From sequence record MF459647.1: DNA of 64,000 bases; one strand, 5' to 3'. Positions 18,290 to 26,660 of the stretch are shown in pieces. The position numbers and the translations under genes are program-made. Position 1 is the first letter of the stretch. Every line of letters begins with the position of its first letter. The notes beneath the pieces were generated by a model. It saw nothing but the letters and a program-made list of their open reading frames with translations, was not told the origin of the DNA and did not search any database.

Positions 18290-20473
18290 ATGGCTAAACT
18301 TATTACCGGTAAAGTGAATGGCGGAGCTAACCTCTTCCACGCTATTCGCTCCTCTCTTTCTCAGGGAACTCTGGGCACCATCCAGGGCACTGAAGGTTAC
18401 GGTAGCTTCGCTTCTGCACTGGATATGGTTTCCGGTCAAGAAGGCGCTGCGCTGAAATCTCAACTGTCCCAACTGAACGCGTCTAACTTCGACGCTTTCG
18501 CAGGCGCACTGCGCCGTAAAGGTACTCCGGCGAGTACTGAAGTCGAATTCCGTGATGCAATCGCTAACTTTAGCGCGCTGGCCGGTAACGAAGGCTTCTC
18601 TCTGCAGAACGAAAAAGGTTCCGAGCAGGACATCAAAGCTGTCAACCTGACTCTGAACGCCCAATCTCACCGTCAGACTGCCGCCGCTGAAGCGCTGTTC
18701 AAAACCATCACCGTTAACTACGAAGACGATGGCGCTGAGCTGGTTGTTCGTGCTGCTGGTCTGGGTAACTACGTTTACGGCGCGTCTGCATGGCAGTCCG
18801 CTTCTGAGCTGCGTCCGATCTTCGGTCTGCTGCGTACCGGCGAAATGTTCAAAGATGAAGTCCTGGCTCTGTATCCGGTCTACCCGACTGATGCCAACGA
18901 CGACAACCGCGAGCTGTTCGCTGAAGCTTCCTTCACTCCGGTGAAAGACGCAACCTATCCGCAGGGTGATGCCTACGGCCGCCAGGGTCACAAAACCCAG
19001 CAGCTGAAAGTGCCGGTTGTGGTTCCTAACCTGCTGGGTCTGTGCCAGGCTCCGGGTCAGCGCGCGTGGACTTCCACCGACGAGATCGAATCTAACTCCA
19101 TCACTGTACGTCAGGTTGGCGTGACTGCGAAAATCGGCGCTGCCGGTAGCACCACCGATGCTAACTTCTTCATCAACACCGGCTCCATGTCCAACAACAC
19201 CTTCGGTCCGCTGTCCACTGGTCAGTCTTCCGACGATCGTGGTCTGAACGCTCACATCCGTGATCTGCCAGCCTTCTCTGTTGTTGACAAAGACGGTAAC
19301 CCGGTTGGCGAAACTCTGTTCGCAGACTGGAAAGCTGCTGGGTACGAGCCGATGCTGACTCTGACCCTGGGCGGTAACTTCCAGCGCCAGACCAACGAAC
19401 TGCGTCTGAACCCGGGTTCTGTGACCATCACCGCTCTGCGTGATATCCCGACCGGTAACGTCATCAGCATCGGTAAAGCCGACGCGACTACCAAGCCGCT
19501 GTTCAAACGTCTGACCGCGGGTGTTGTAGCTTCTGCACTCCTGACCTTCAACGTCAGCAACACCTCTAACGGCAACTTCGGTTACCGCATCGAAGTTTAC
19601 GATGCGCGTAAACACCTGTCCGTTCGCCGTCGCTCTCCGGTATCTGTTAAGTACCCGGTCAGCAAAGATGACGTCAACTCTGAATCCCTGGATTACGCAA
19701 TCCAGCAGATGTCTGTTGTCATCAACAACCAGTGCTCCAAAGACGCGTTCGATGAAGCTGAAAAGCACCTCGAGTACATCACCAGCATCAACAACACGCC
19801 GGTCGTAGGTAACCACCAGGGTTCCAACATCCTGCCTGGCCAGCATTTCGTCACTGCAACTGCCGTTAATCGTAAGCTGAAACTGGCTGACGTAGTTTCT
19901 GCTGTTGGCAACAACGAAATCTTCGATGCGGTTTGTGCAGCTATCATCAACGAAGTGGCAGACATCACTGCTGCGCTGAACACCAAATCCGGCCTGGCAG
20001 CGATTTCCGAATACGGCAACGTTGACAAACTGGACTGGACCGTGGTCACTCACCAGAACCTGGCTCGTTTCTTCATCCGTTCTGGCGACGCGCGCACCAT
20101 CGGTGGTTGGGATTCCATCAAAGTTGAAGCGACTAACTTCGACTCCATGATCGGTAAAATCCTGATCGTTCCGCGTAACACCTCCAACGACGATTCCATC
20201 AACCCGCTCGGCGGCATTGGTGTGAACATCTCTAAAGAGAACATCGTTGTTCAGGGTAACGTGACTCGTGACCAGCAGGACTTCGGCGTCGTGATGACCA
20301 TGCCGACCTACCGCCACTGGCCAATCTGCCCGGTAATCGGTTCTCTGATTATCGAAGATGCCGATAAACTGCTGACCGACGAAGGTCTGATTTCTCAGCT
20401 GGCTAAACTGCGCGTGCAGGTTGCTAACGCTGCTGACATCGGCACCGGTGCAGGTACTGACCCAAACGCTTAA
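18290..20473 (+). CDS. Major capsid protein precursor
   Basis: 727 aa with extreme high-expression codon bias and AAGGA RBS. Propeptide carries GTE/GQE/GNE motifs. Size and position between dnaB and the RNAP gene match phiKZ gp120 / SPN3US gp75. Confidence 0.85.
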   Translation: MAKLITGKVNGGANLFHAIRSSLSQGTLGTIQGTEGYGSFASALDMVSGQEGAALKSQLSQLNASNFDAFAGALRRKGTPASTEVEFRDAIANFSALAGNEGFSLQNEKGSEQDIKAVNLTLNAQSHRQTAAAEALFKTITVNYEDDGAELVVRAAGLGNYVYGASAWQSASELRPIFGLLRTGEMFKDEVLALYPVYPTDANDDNRELFAEASFTPVKDATYPQGDAYGRQGHKTQQLKVPVVVPNLLGLCQAPGQRAWTSTDEIESNSITVRQVGVTAKIGAAGSTTDANFFINTGSMSNNTFGPLSTGQSSDDRGLNAHIRDLPAFSVVDKDGNPVGETLFADWKAAGYEPMLTLTLGGNFQRQTNELRLNPGSVTITALRDIPTGNVISIGKADATTKPLFKRLTAGVVASALLTFNVSNTSNGNFGYRIEVYDARKHLSVRRRSPVSVKYPVSKDDVNSESLDYAIQQMSVVINNQCSKDAFDEAEKHLEYITSINNTPVVGNHQGSNILPGQHFVTATAVNRKLKLADVVSAVGNNEIFDAVCAAIINEVADITAALNTKSGLAAISEYGNVDKLDWTVVTHQNLARFFIRSGDARTIGGWDSIKVEATNFDSMIGKILIVPRNTSNDDSINPLGGIGVNISKENIVVQGNVTRDQQDFGVVMTMPTYRHWPICPVIGSLIIEDADKLLTDEGLISQLAKLRVQVANAADIGTGAGTDPNA

Positions 20474-20556
20474 TCCCTTCAACCAACTACGGTCGTCTGG
20501 GTTAAACTCAGGTTAGTACCGGTTGAAGGGACTTCCCGCGTTTGATAAGTGATATC

Positions 20557-20591
20557 CTCTACCCCCTCCCTTAACGGGGAGGTGGGTAGGG
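20557..20591 (+). terminator. Terminator-like hairpin after the MCP gene
   Basis: CTACCCCCTCCCT-TAAC-GGGGAGGTGGGTAG followed by TTTATT. Confidence 0.7.
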
Positions 20592-20622
20592 TTTATTACG
20601 CAACTTTACTTTCCACAATATA

Positions 20623-20648
20623 TTTTTAAACCTACATTATTAGAGAGA
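20623..20648 (+). promoter_or_regulatory. Conserved 26-bp motif copy 2 (putative early promoter)
   Basis: TTTTTAAACCTACATTATTAGAGAGA upstream of the operon containing the nvRNAP subunit. Confidence 0.65.
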
Positions 20649-20709
20649 CTAACCCAATTATTGTTTAGCAATCAGTAGGCCACTGGTTGTTCTTTTGAGG
20701 TACCTCTCT

Positions 20710-21840
20710 ATGACATTAGATCATAATGACCACACTAACCCTATTTTCAGTTGGGTGGTGGTAAACAAAACCAATGAAAGCTTGTCGGCAAAATCTCGGG
20801 GTGGGTTTGAATACATCATTCCGTCGATTAACCGTGAGCGTGTAGTACACGATGGTGAAGTGAAGCTTATCGTGGAGTACAAGAATGTCTACATTGACCG
20901 GATAGCCTTCAACAAGTCTCAAGCATGCACCAAGCTGGACAAAACGTTGATTGACTTACTGGAAGCTCGCCGTCAAGTCATGCTCAATAATGAGTACCTT
21001 AACCGCAGCATGGTACAAACCATCAGCGTTGGGGTTATCCTCAAGACGGACCATGTCGAAAACGACGACGGTGTACACAGTGACATCTTGGGTGTAAGCT
21101 TCTTCATGGACAACAACCTGTCTCGTCAAACCTCTGTGGGTATTCCGAAAGGCACCCCCACCTCCATCAACAACAAACTGATGTGGGAAGAGAATTACGA
21201 GGGTGTGTTGCCGGATGCATCTGAATCAGTACGGGAACGCTGTATGACCGCAGAAACGCGTTTAACAGTGTTATATAACGACCCAACCAATATATTTAGT
21301 GGACTGTGGATGAACATACTGGGACAAGCCCGGTTAATCAATCGTACCCGTACCACAGACATCCAGCCAGGGCTGTATATCACCTACCGCTCTGGGTTAA
21401 GTAATAATGAACTGATTGAACGATACTATAGTTTCGACCAGCTTAATGACAAAGCTTTGGAAGAAATGGGAATCTTTCTCAGCAAAGAAGAAGCACAGAA
21501 AGGGGGTAATACTGAACGGTATTTACAAGCAGAAGCGACAATCAAATCGCTCAGTCAAAACATTGTTGGCTACCGTAAAGAAATCGCACAGCTTAATGAT
21601 AAAAACAGCAATTTAACAAAAGACCTTAATAAAGAGGAAACCACCAACCTGAGATTAGCAGCTGAAATTGCTTTCCTGAAACAGGATTCTCGATTAAAGG
21701 ACCGAGAACAGAAAATAGCGATAGAGACTATCAAAGGAGCAAACAAGCCGAACAACACGGCGAGCTTTGTTGATATCTGTAAGGGAGTCGGCCTGTTAAC
21801 CACAGCGGGGGTAACTGTTTATAAAGTATTCGCTACGTAA
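20710..21840 (+). CDS. Conserved hypothetical protein with C-terminal coiled coil and hydrophobic tail
   Basis: GAGG RBS before ATG 20710. Heptad region IKSLSQNIVGYRKEIAQLNDKNSNL. C-terminal GVGLLTTAGVTVYKVFAT. Confidence 0.7.
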   Translation: MTLDHNDHTNPIFSWVVVNKTNESLSAKSRGGFEYIIPSINRERVVHDGEVKLIVEYKNVYIDRIAFNKSQACTKLDKTLIDLLEARRQVMLNNEYLNRSMVQTISVGVILKTDHVENDDGVHSDILGVSFFMDNNLSRQTSVGIPKGTPTSINNKLMWEENYEGVLPDASESVRERCMTAETRLTVLYNDPTNIFSGLWMNILGQARLINRTRTTDIQPGLYITYRSGLSNNELIERYYSFDQLNDKALEEMGIFLSKEEAQKGGNTERYLQAEATIKSLSQNIVGYRKEIAQLNDKNSNLTKDLNKEETTNLRLAAEIAFLKQDSRLKDREQKIAIETIKGANKPNNTASFVDICKGVGLLTTAGVTVYKVFAT

Positions 21841-21858
21841 AAGTCGGAGATCCCATCG

Positions 21859-23514
21859 ATGGACCCAAAACTCTGGTCTCGTGTTGATACGAGCATGCCG
21901 CGATTTAATCCTGTAATCACGTCCGGGTTTCATCAGAAAGAGTGTGAGAATGGTGTGCACTTCTATGATTATTGCTTGCGTTTGATCTTTAAGAACATCG
22001 AACGTAAAGGGGTATTCTTTAAAGGGGTAACCCGTGTGCCACCAAAAGAGTTCGTGGAGTACCTGCAACGAACCAGTCACAAAGTCGCGGAAATTCATAA
22101 AGAGACACTGTATCCGGTGCGTCTCAACTTTGAATATCGTGACAAAGCCGGTCGTATTGTTCCGCTGAACCCTGTGTACATGATGCTGCCTTATTGTGAT
22201 ATTTACGGGGATACATACCTGCGTAACACACAGTACAGCTTCCAGGTGGTCTTAGCAGAACGCGGCCTGCCCGTTACTAAAGAAGAAGCTATCTTCGTGA
22301 AAGTGCTGGGTTTCAAATTCAAAATTGGAACTGAGTACTTCAAGTATGACCGCATCTTCAACGAAACGTCGAACAACATGGCAAGAACGCTGGACATCAA
22401 CTTACCGTCCAACCGTTTCTACAGTCCGTCTGAAGCACGCAAGATCAAAGACAACAAAACTCCCATTCCTTTATTGGCATGGTACGTATTTGCTGAAATG
22501 GGCTTTTCCAAGGCCATGGAGCAGTACGGTGAGTGTGAGTATGAGATCGGTGCACCAGAAGCCATTACGGATGAGTGTAAAGCTGATAGCCGCTGGGAAA
22601 TTATTACGCGCAGTAGCAGTACTAATACCAAGCGTCTGGGCGAATTCATTCCGCATGACTTAGCCATCGGCGTTCGTAACAAGAATGAACGACGTAAAGA
22701 ACTTTCCATTATGGGATTACAGTATGCCACCGCGCTGCTGTACGTCATTGACTGCTTGCCGTCGTATTTCGACATTGAGCGCATTGACGATCCTGATTAT
22801 TGGAAGCTGATTATTGGCCGGTGTTCGGTAAAACCTGGAGACAGCAACGAGTACATCATGCGCTTGATGCATGAGCACTTTGACTCCATGGACGAATACC
22901 TCGACGAGGATTCCATTAAGAAGTTTGCTAGTCAGTCTATCGTGGTCTCTAACATGTTCGATTTGTTCAACTACATCATTGCTAACCGCAGTGAGATTGT
23001 TCAAACAACTGATAGAGCTTCAATGTTCCATAAGGAAATTGCGAGCCTGGAGTTCGTCCTTGATAAACTGATCACTGCAGCAAACCAATTCAGACACGAC
23101 ATCAAAAATAACTCCGAACTGAGCCTCAATAAGGTTAACCGCCTCCTGACATCCAACTTCCGTATTAAAGAGATCGACAACGCCCGTACAGCGAACTTGA
23201 TCCAGGAAGCAACGCCGACCGACAATCCATTTGTCGATTACATGTTGGGTTGTATGCCGCAACACAAGGTCTACACCAATGGCATGAAAGGGAAAGGTAA
23301 TAAAGATTTTGATCCAAACGATTCAGCGACAATTACCCACGCATCACTCGCGTTTGTTAACAGCTTCCAACGTGTAACCAAACCCGGGCCGGATACGAGG
23401 GACTTCCTGAATCCGTGCGTGTTTTTGGTGAATGATCGCTTTACCGCTCTGAACCCTGAGCGCCGCGAGCTGTATGAAGCCACAGACAAGCGCCTTAAAA
23501 ATAGAGAGAGTTAA
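21859..23514 (+). CDS. Non-virion RNA polymerase beta-like subunit, N-terminal part (phiKZ gp123-like)
   Basis: 551 aa. The N-terminus (MDPKLW...MPRFNPVITSG) and C-terminus (ITHASLA...PGPDTRDFLNP) resemble phiKZ gp123 as I recall it. Syntenic position. Confidence 0.8.
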   Translation: MDPKLWSRVDTSMPRFNPVITSGFHQKECENGVHFYDYCLRLIFKNIERKGVFFKGVTRVPPKEFVEYLQRTSHKVAEIHKETLYPVRLNFEYRDKAGRIVPLNPVYMMLPYCDIYGDTYLRNTQYSFQVVLAERGLPVTKEEAIFVKVLGFKFKIGTEYFKYDRIFNETSNNMARTLDINLPSNRFYSPSEARKIKDNKTPIPLLAWYVFAEMGFSKAMEQYGECEYEIGAPEAITDECKADSRWEIITRSSSTNTKRLGEFIPHDLAIGVRNKNERRKELSIMGLQYATALLYVIDCLPSYFDIERIDDPDYWKLIIGRCSVKPGDSNEYIMRLMHEHFDSMDEYLDEDSIKKFASQSIVVSNMFDLFNYIIANRSEIVQTTDRASMFHKEIASLEFVLDKLITAANQFRHDIKNNSELSLNKVNRLLTSNFRIKEIDNARTANLIQEATPTDNPFVDYMLGCMPQHKVYTNGMKGKGNKDFDPNDSATITHASLAFVNSFQRVTKPGPDTRDFLNPCVFLVNDRFTALNPERRELYEATDKRLKNRES

Positions 23515-23516
23515 TA

Positions 23517-26057
23517 ATGTCTTCTATGATCACACCACGCAACGTCAGCGTACCCGGCGTGCAAGTTCCAGCCATGGATCCTAATGCCGGGGGACAGCGT
23601 ATGTTGATGCCCGGTAGTCAGACCCAACAACCTCAAGACCCTCTGTATGCGCTACGCAACATGTTCTCGAGTTCGTCGGGAGCTGGGGCGGTAACTGGTG
23701 TAGACTGGGGGCGTTATGACAGTCCGGGTTACGATGATCCCGCTCTCCGTGAAATCATCGCCAGCGGTAGCAGCATTGATGAGAACAGTACGCAGTATTA
23801 CATCTCCCGTATAGCGCATGCGATGGGTGCATTCGTGCAGCAGGTTTCGATGCGCAACGGGCTGTTTTATCAGTGGTACATGCAAACCGTCGAAACGTTC
23901 AAGCTGGACGAGCAGGGCAACCGTTGTCCAATAGCTGAACAGTTCGTTGAGTTCTTCAAGAAGCGCCCAGAAATCACTGTAATCGTTGCTCGCAACGCCG
24001 CGGTTATGTTTGGGTACGAAGGTATCTCCCGCATGAAACAACGCAATGTCGATGCTCTGGATGCTCGTGAGTATGGTCAGTGTGTGGAAGTGGGGGTACG
24101 GTTTATCCTGTTCTTGGAAATGATCTCGTGGTTAACCAAAACGGCTCAGGGTCAGTCACTGGCTCAGAACCTACCACCTTCTTTCCGGGCCCGTGTTGAT
24201 AAACTCGATCCGTATAAGGAGTTCGCGCAAACTGTTTTTATGCAGTTCAACTTGCCGTTCCCTTATGAAAACCTGATCTTCGAAGTTAAGACGCCGGTAG
24301 CATCAGGCTATCAGTTTGCTCAGGTTCCGGCCATGTATGAATCCGACTACGGGTTCACCACTGCTCCCGCTCCAGCGGCGCAAGTGCGTCAGATTAATGA
24401 CGGGTACGGTAACAGCATTACCATGGAAGAAACGGCGCGTCTGCAGTCCCTGTGCTACAAACTGCATTTCCGTTCTCACCAGGAAGTCCTGAACTTCGAG
24501 AATCAAATCCAACGTCGTATCAACCCACTGAACCCGCAAGACGTTCAGATGGCAATTGCGACCCGTAACCAACATTTATCTCAGGAGGACCAAGTAACGT
24601 CTCCGTACGCCTCTGCGCCTCAACGCGATGCATTTACCGACATGTATGCGATTCAGGACCTGCGCTCTGACTTTGCCAATATCACCGTTCAGAACCGTGA
24701 TGCCTTTGACTGGCGAGCTCAGTTTGTCTTTACGGGACAACCTAATAAATACCTAATTAAGGATGAAGTTTGGCAACACATTAAGCGCGCGTTGCGCAAA
24801 GCTGACCCCAAAGAGATTGAAGAATCCATGTGGGGTGCGTACTGTTACCGAGTAGTTGTAGTCGATTTGCAGTATCCCGACAAAGATGGTTACCATTCGT
24901 ATCTCGTCAGAGATAAGGCACGGAGGTTTACCCAGATGCAAACTTTCACCGACCCGGCGAAGTGCTTACCGGAACTTGAAGCAGATGACAACGGCAACGT
25001 TGTTGTAGCAAACACCGTCAAAGTAAACGACATCATTCCGGAGAATGATCTGTCGTCGTTCATTATCCCGGCCAACGAAGTCAAAACCCTGGAAGGCACG
25101 GTACCGGTTATCGTGAACACCGATCCAGTGGCCAGTAATAATCACCACAGCATCAAGCAGACTATCGCAGCCATCAACGGCCGTCTGACCAATCCGCTTG
25201 AGCAACTCAACGCAACGTCTATGGATGTCGCCGCGCTGGAAGAATTCCACTGCAGCAACGAATCCACCAAGGCGCGCCTGTTAGAGCTGTTGCCGTTCCT
25301 GTTTGACGACAACTACTTTGATCTGGTAGCGATGTCTTATGCAGAAGCTATCGAGTATATCGAGAAGACGCTGCGTTACGAAAACATCGAAGAAGAAGTT
25401 TCGCGCTTTATCCGTTTCAAGCTGACCCAGGACTTCAACAACTTCCTGGTTAACGGCGTTGGGTTTAACCCGGTCCCGGGCGGAGAGAACCATCTCTCCA
25501 GTTCAGATATTCTTTCCGACATCCACGAGGTGCTGGAGCTGTTTGAGCGTAATGACAAATCGCTCTACGAGTATCTGACCAACAAGAAATACCGCTCGTC
25601 GCTGCTGCGCAAAATGTGCATGTTCACAGTCGACGAAGTGGAGTACGAAGAAGTGGAAGTGATCGAAACCGATGAAGAGTCGGGCAAAGAAGTCAAAGTC
25701 ATGAAATCTATGCCGGTCAAACTTCCGCCGGTGGAACAGCTGAAGCTGGATACCACACTCAACGTGTGTAACCGCATTCACTTTACCACCATTAACCGTA
25801 CGCCGAGCCCAATGTGGCAAGAGCATGCAACGGTGACCATCAAGCGTTCGAACTTCCCGGAAATCTTTGCCATGGTAGAAGATGGCTTTAAGCAGACCTA
25901 CGGAGACGACGCGGAGTTCCAGGAGCTGGATAAAGTTGTGCGCTTTGCTCACGACGACAACTACTGGTTGTTCACCACGTCGGTTTACGACAAGAACGTT
26001 GCGCTGCTTCGCCACATGCCGCAGGACTCTGACCTGTTCATGTTGGAATTCAATTAA
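23517..26057 (+). CDS. Large conserved hypothetical protein
   Basis: 846 aa, coupled to the RNAP gene. Q/P-rich N-terminus and an acidic loop near the C-terminus. Confidence 0.75.
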   Translation: MSSMITPRNVSVPGVQVPAMDPNAGGQRMLMPGSQTQQPQDPLYALRNMFSSSSGAGAVTGVDWGRYDSPGYDDPALREIIASGSSIDENSTQYYISRIAHAMGAFVQQVSMRNGLFYQWYMQTVETFKLDEQGNRCPIAEQFVEFFKKRPEITVIVARNAAVMFGYEGISRMKQRNVDALDAREYGQCVEVGVRFILFLEMISWLTKTAQGQSLAQNLPPSFRARVDKLDPYKEFAQTVFMQFNLPFPYENLIFEVKTPVASGYQFAQVPAMYESDYGFTTAPAPAAQVRQINDGYGNSITMEETARLQSLCYKLHFRSHQEVLNFENQIQRRINPLNPQDVQMAIATRNQHLSQEDQVTSPYASAPQRDAFTDMYAIQDLRSDFANITVQNRDAFDWRAQFVFTGQPNKYLIKDEVWQHIKRALRKADPKEIEESMWGAYCYRVVVVDLQYPDKDGYHSYLVRDKARRFTQMQTFTDPAKCLPELEADDNGNVVVANTVKVNDIIPENDLSSFIIPANEVKTLEGTVPVIVNTDPVASNNHHSIKQTIAAINGRLTNPLEQLNATSMDVAALEEFHCSNESTKARLLELLPFLFDDNYFDLVAMSYAEAIEYIEKTLRYENIEEEVSRFIRFKLTQDFNNFLVNGVGFNPVPGGENHLSSSDILSDIHEVLELFERNDKSLYEYLTNKKYRSSLLRKMCMFTVDEVEYEEVEVIETDEESGKEVKVMKSMPVKLPPVEQLKLDTTLNVCNRIHFTTINRTPSPMWQEHATVTIKRSNFPEIFAMVEDGFKQTYGDDAEFQELDKVVRFAHDDNYWLFTTSVYDKNVALLRHMPQDSDLFMLEFN

Positions 26058-26068
26058 TTGAAAACCAT

Positions 26069-26100
26069 TACTCCTACCTCCTTAACGGGAGGTAGGAGTA
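26069..26100 (+). terminator. Terminator-like hairpin
   Basis: TACTCCTACCTCC-TTAAC-GGGAGGTAGGAGTA, then an AT/T-rich run. Confidence 0.8.
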
Positions 26101-26128
26101 TATTACTTTATTTTTTAAGTTACAGTTC

Positions 26129-26154
26129 ATTTCAAGTCTATATAACTTGGGTGA
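26129..26154 (+). promoter_or_regulatory. Conserved 26-bp motif copy 3 (putative early promoter)
   Basis: ATTTCAAGTCTATATAACTTGGGTGA, followed by the inverted repeat GAATAA...TTATTC. Confidence 0.6.
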
Positions 26155-26221
26155 ATAAATGAATAAGAAATTCATTATTCTTAACCTAACATAACCACAT
26201 TTAAATTAATGAGGAACTACC

Positions 26222-26593
26222 ATGACTACTTCTAACAACAACAACTCTTACAACAACACTGCTGACCGTGACTTCATGAACAGCAACAATTCTGGCTATG
26301 CACGTATCGCTGGCTTCGGTGGCGTTGCTCTGGCAGCTGGCCTGGGTATCTATGGCGGTAAAGACGTGGCAAGCGTAGTAATTGGCGCTGGCGTTGGCGG
26401 TGCTTACGCTTACCTGGTAGGCGGCATGGCTGATGGTATCGCACCATTTGCAGGTAAAGGCGGTCGCGTCTGCCTGGCTACTTTAGTAGCTGCTGGCGGC
26501 TTCGCACTGACAGCTGACATGATTCGCATGTGCGAACAGCTGACTACTGATGTAACCGGTAACGAAGGCGTTGCTGCTGACCCGCTGTTCTAA
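26222..26593 (+). CDS. Small glycine-zipper membrane protein
   Basis: GAGGA RBS. Asn-rich N-terminus, then three Gly/Ala-rich hydrophobic segments with GxxxG patterns. High-expression codon usage. Monocistronic. Confidence 0.75.
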   Translation: MTTSNNNNSYNNTADRDFMNSNNSGYARIAGFGGVALAAGLGIYGGKDVASVVIGAGVGGAYAYLVGGMADGIAPFAGKGGRVCLATLVAAGGFALTADMIRMCEQLTTDVTGNEGVAADPLF

Positions 26594-26599
26594 TACAGA

Positions 26600-26629
26600 A
26601 CTCCTGCTACCCTCATGGGTAGCAGGAGT
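26600..26629. terminator. Bidirectional terminator between convergent genes
   Basis: ACTCCTGCTACCC-TCAT-GGGTAGCAGGAGT. Confidence 0.8.
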
Positions 26630-26660
26630 AATCTGGTTAACTACTTATTTTTTTTTTCAC

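Noticed and set aside
18236-20482. 748-aa antisense ORF over the major capsid gene
   Set aside because: Same codon register as the MCP. It arises because this highly biased gene avoids in-frame TTA/CTA/TCA. No RBS or recognisable domain.
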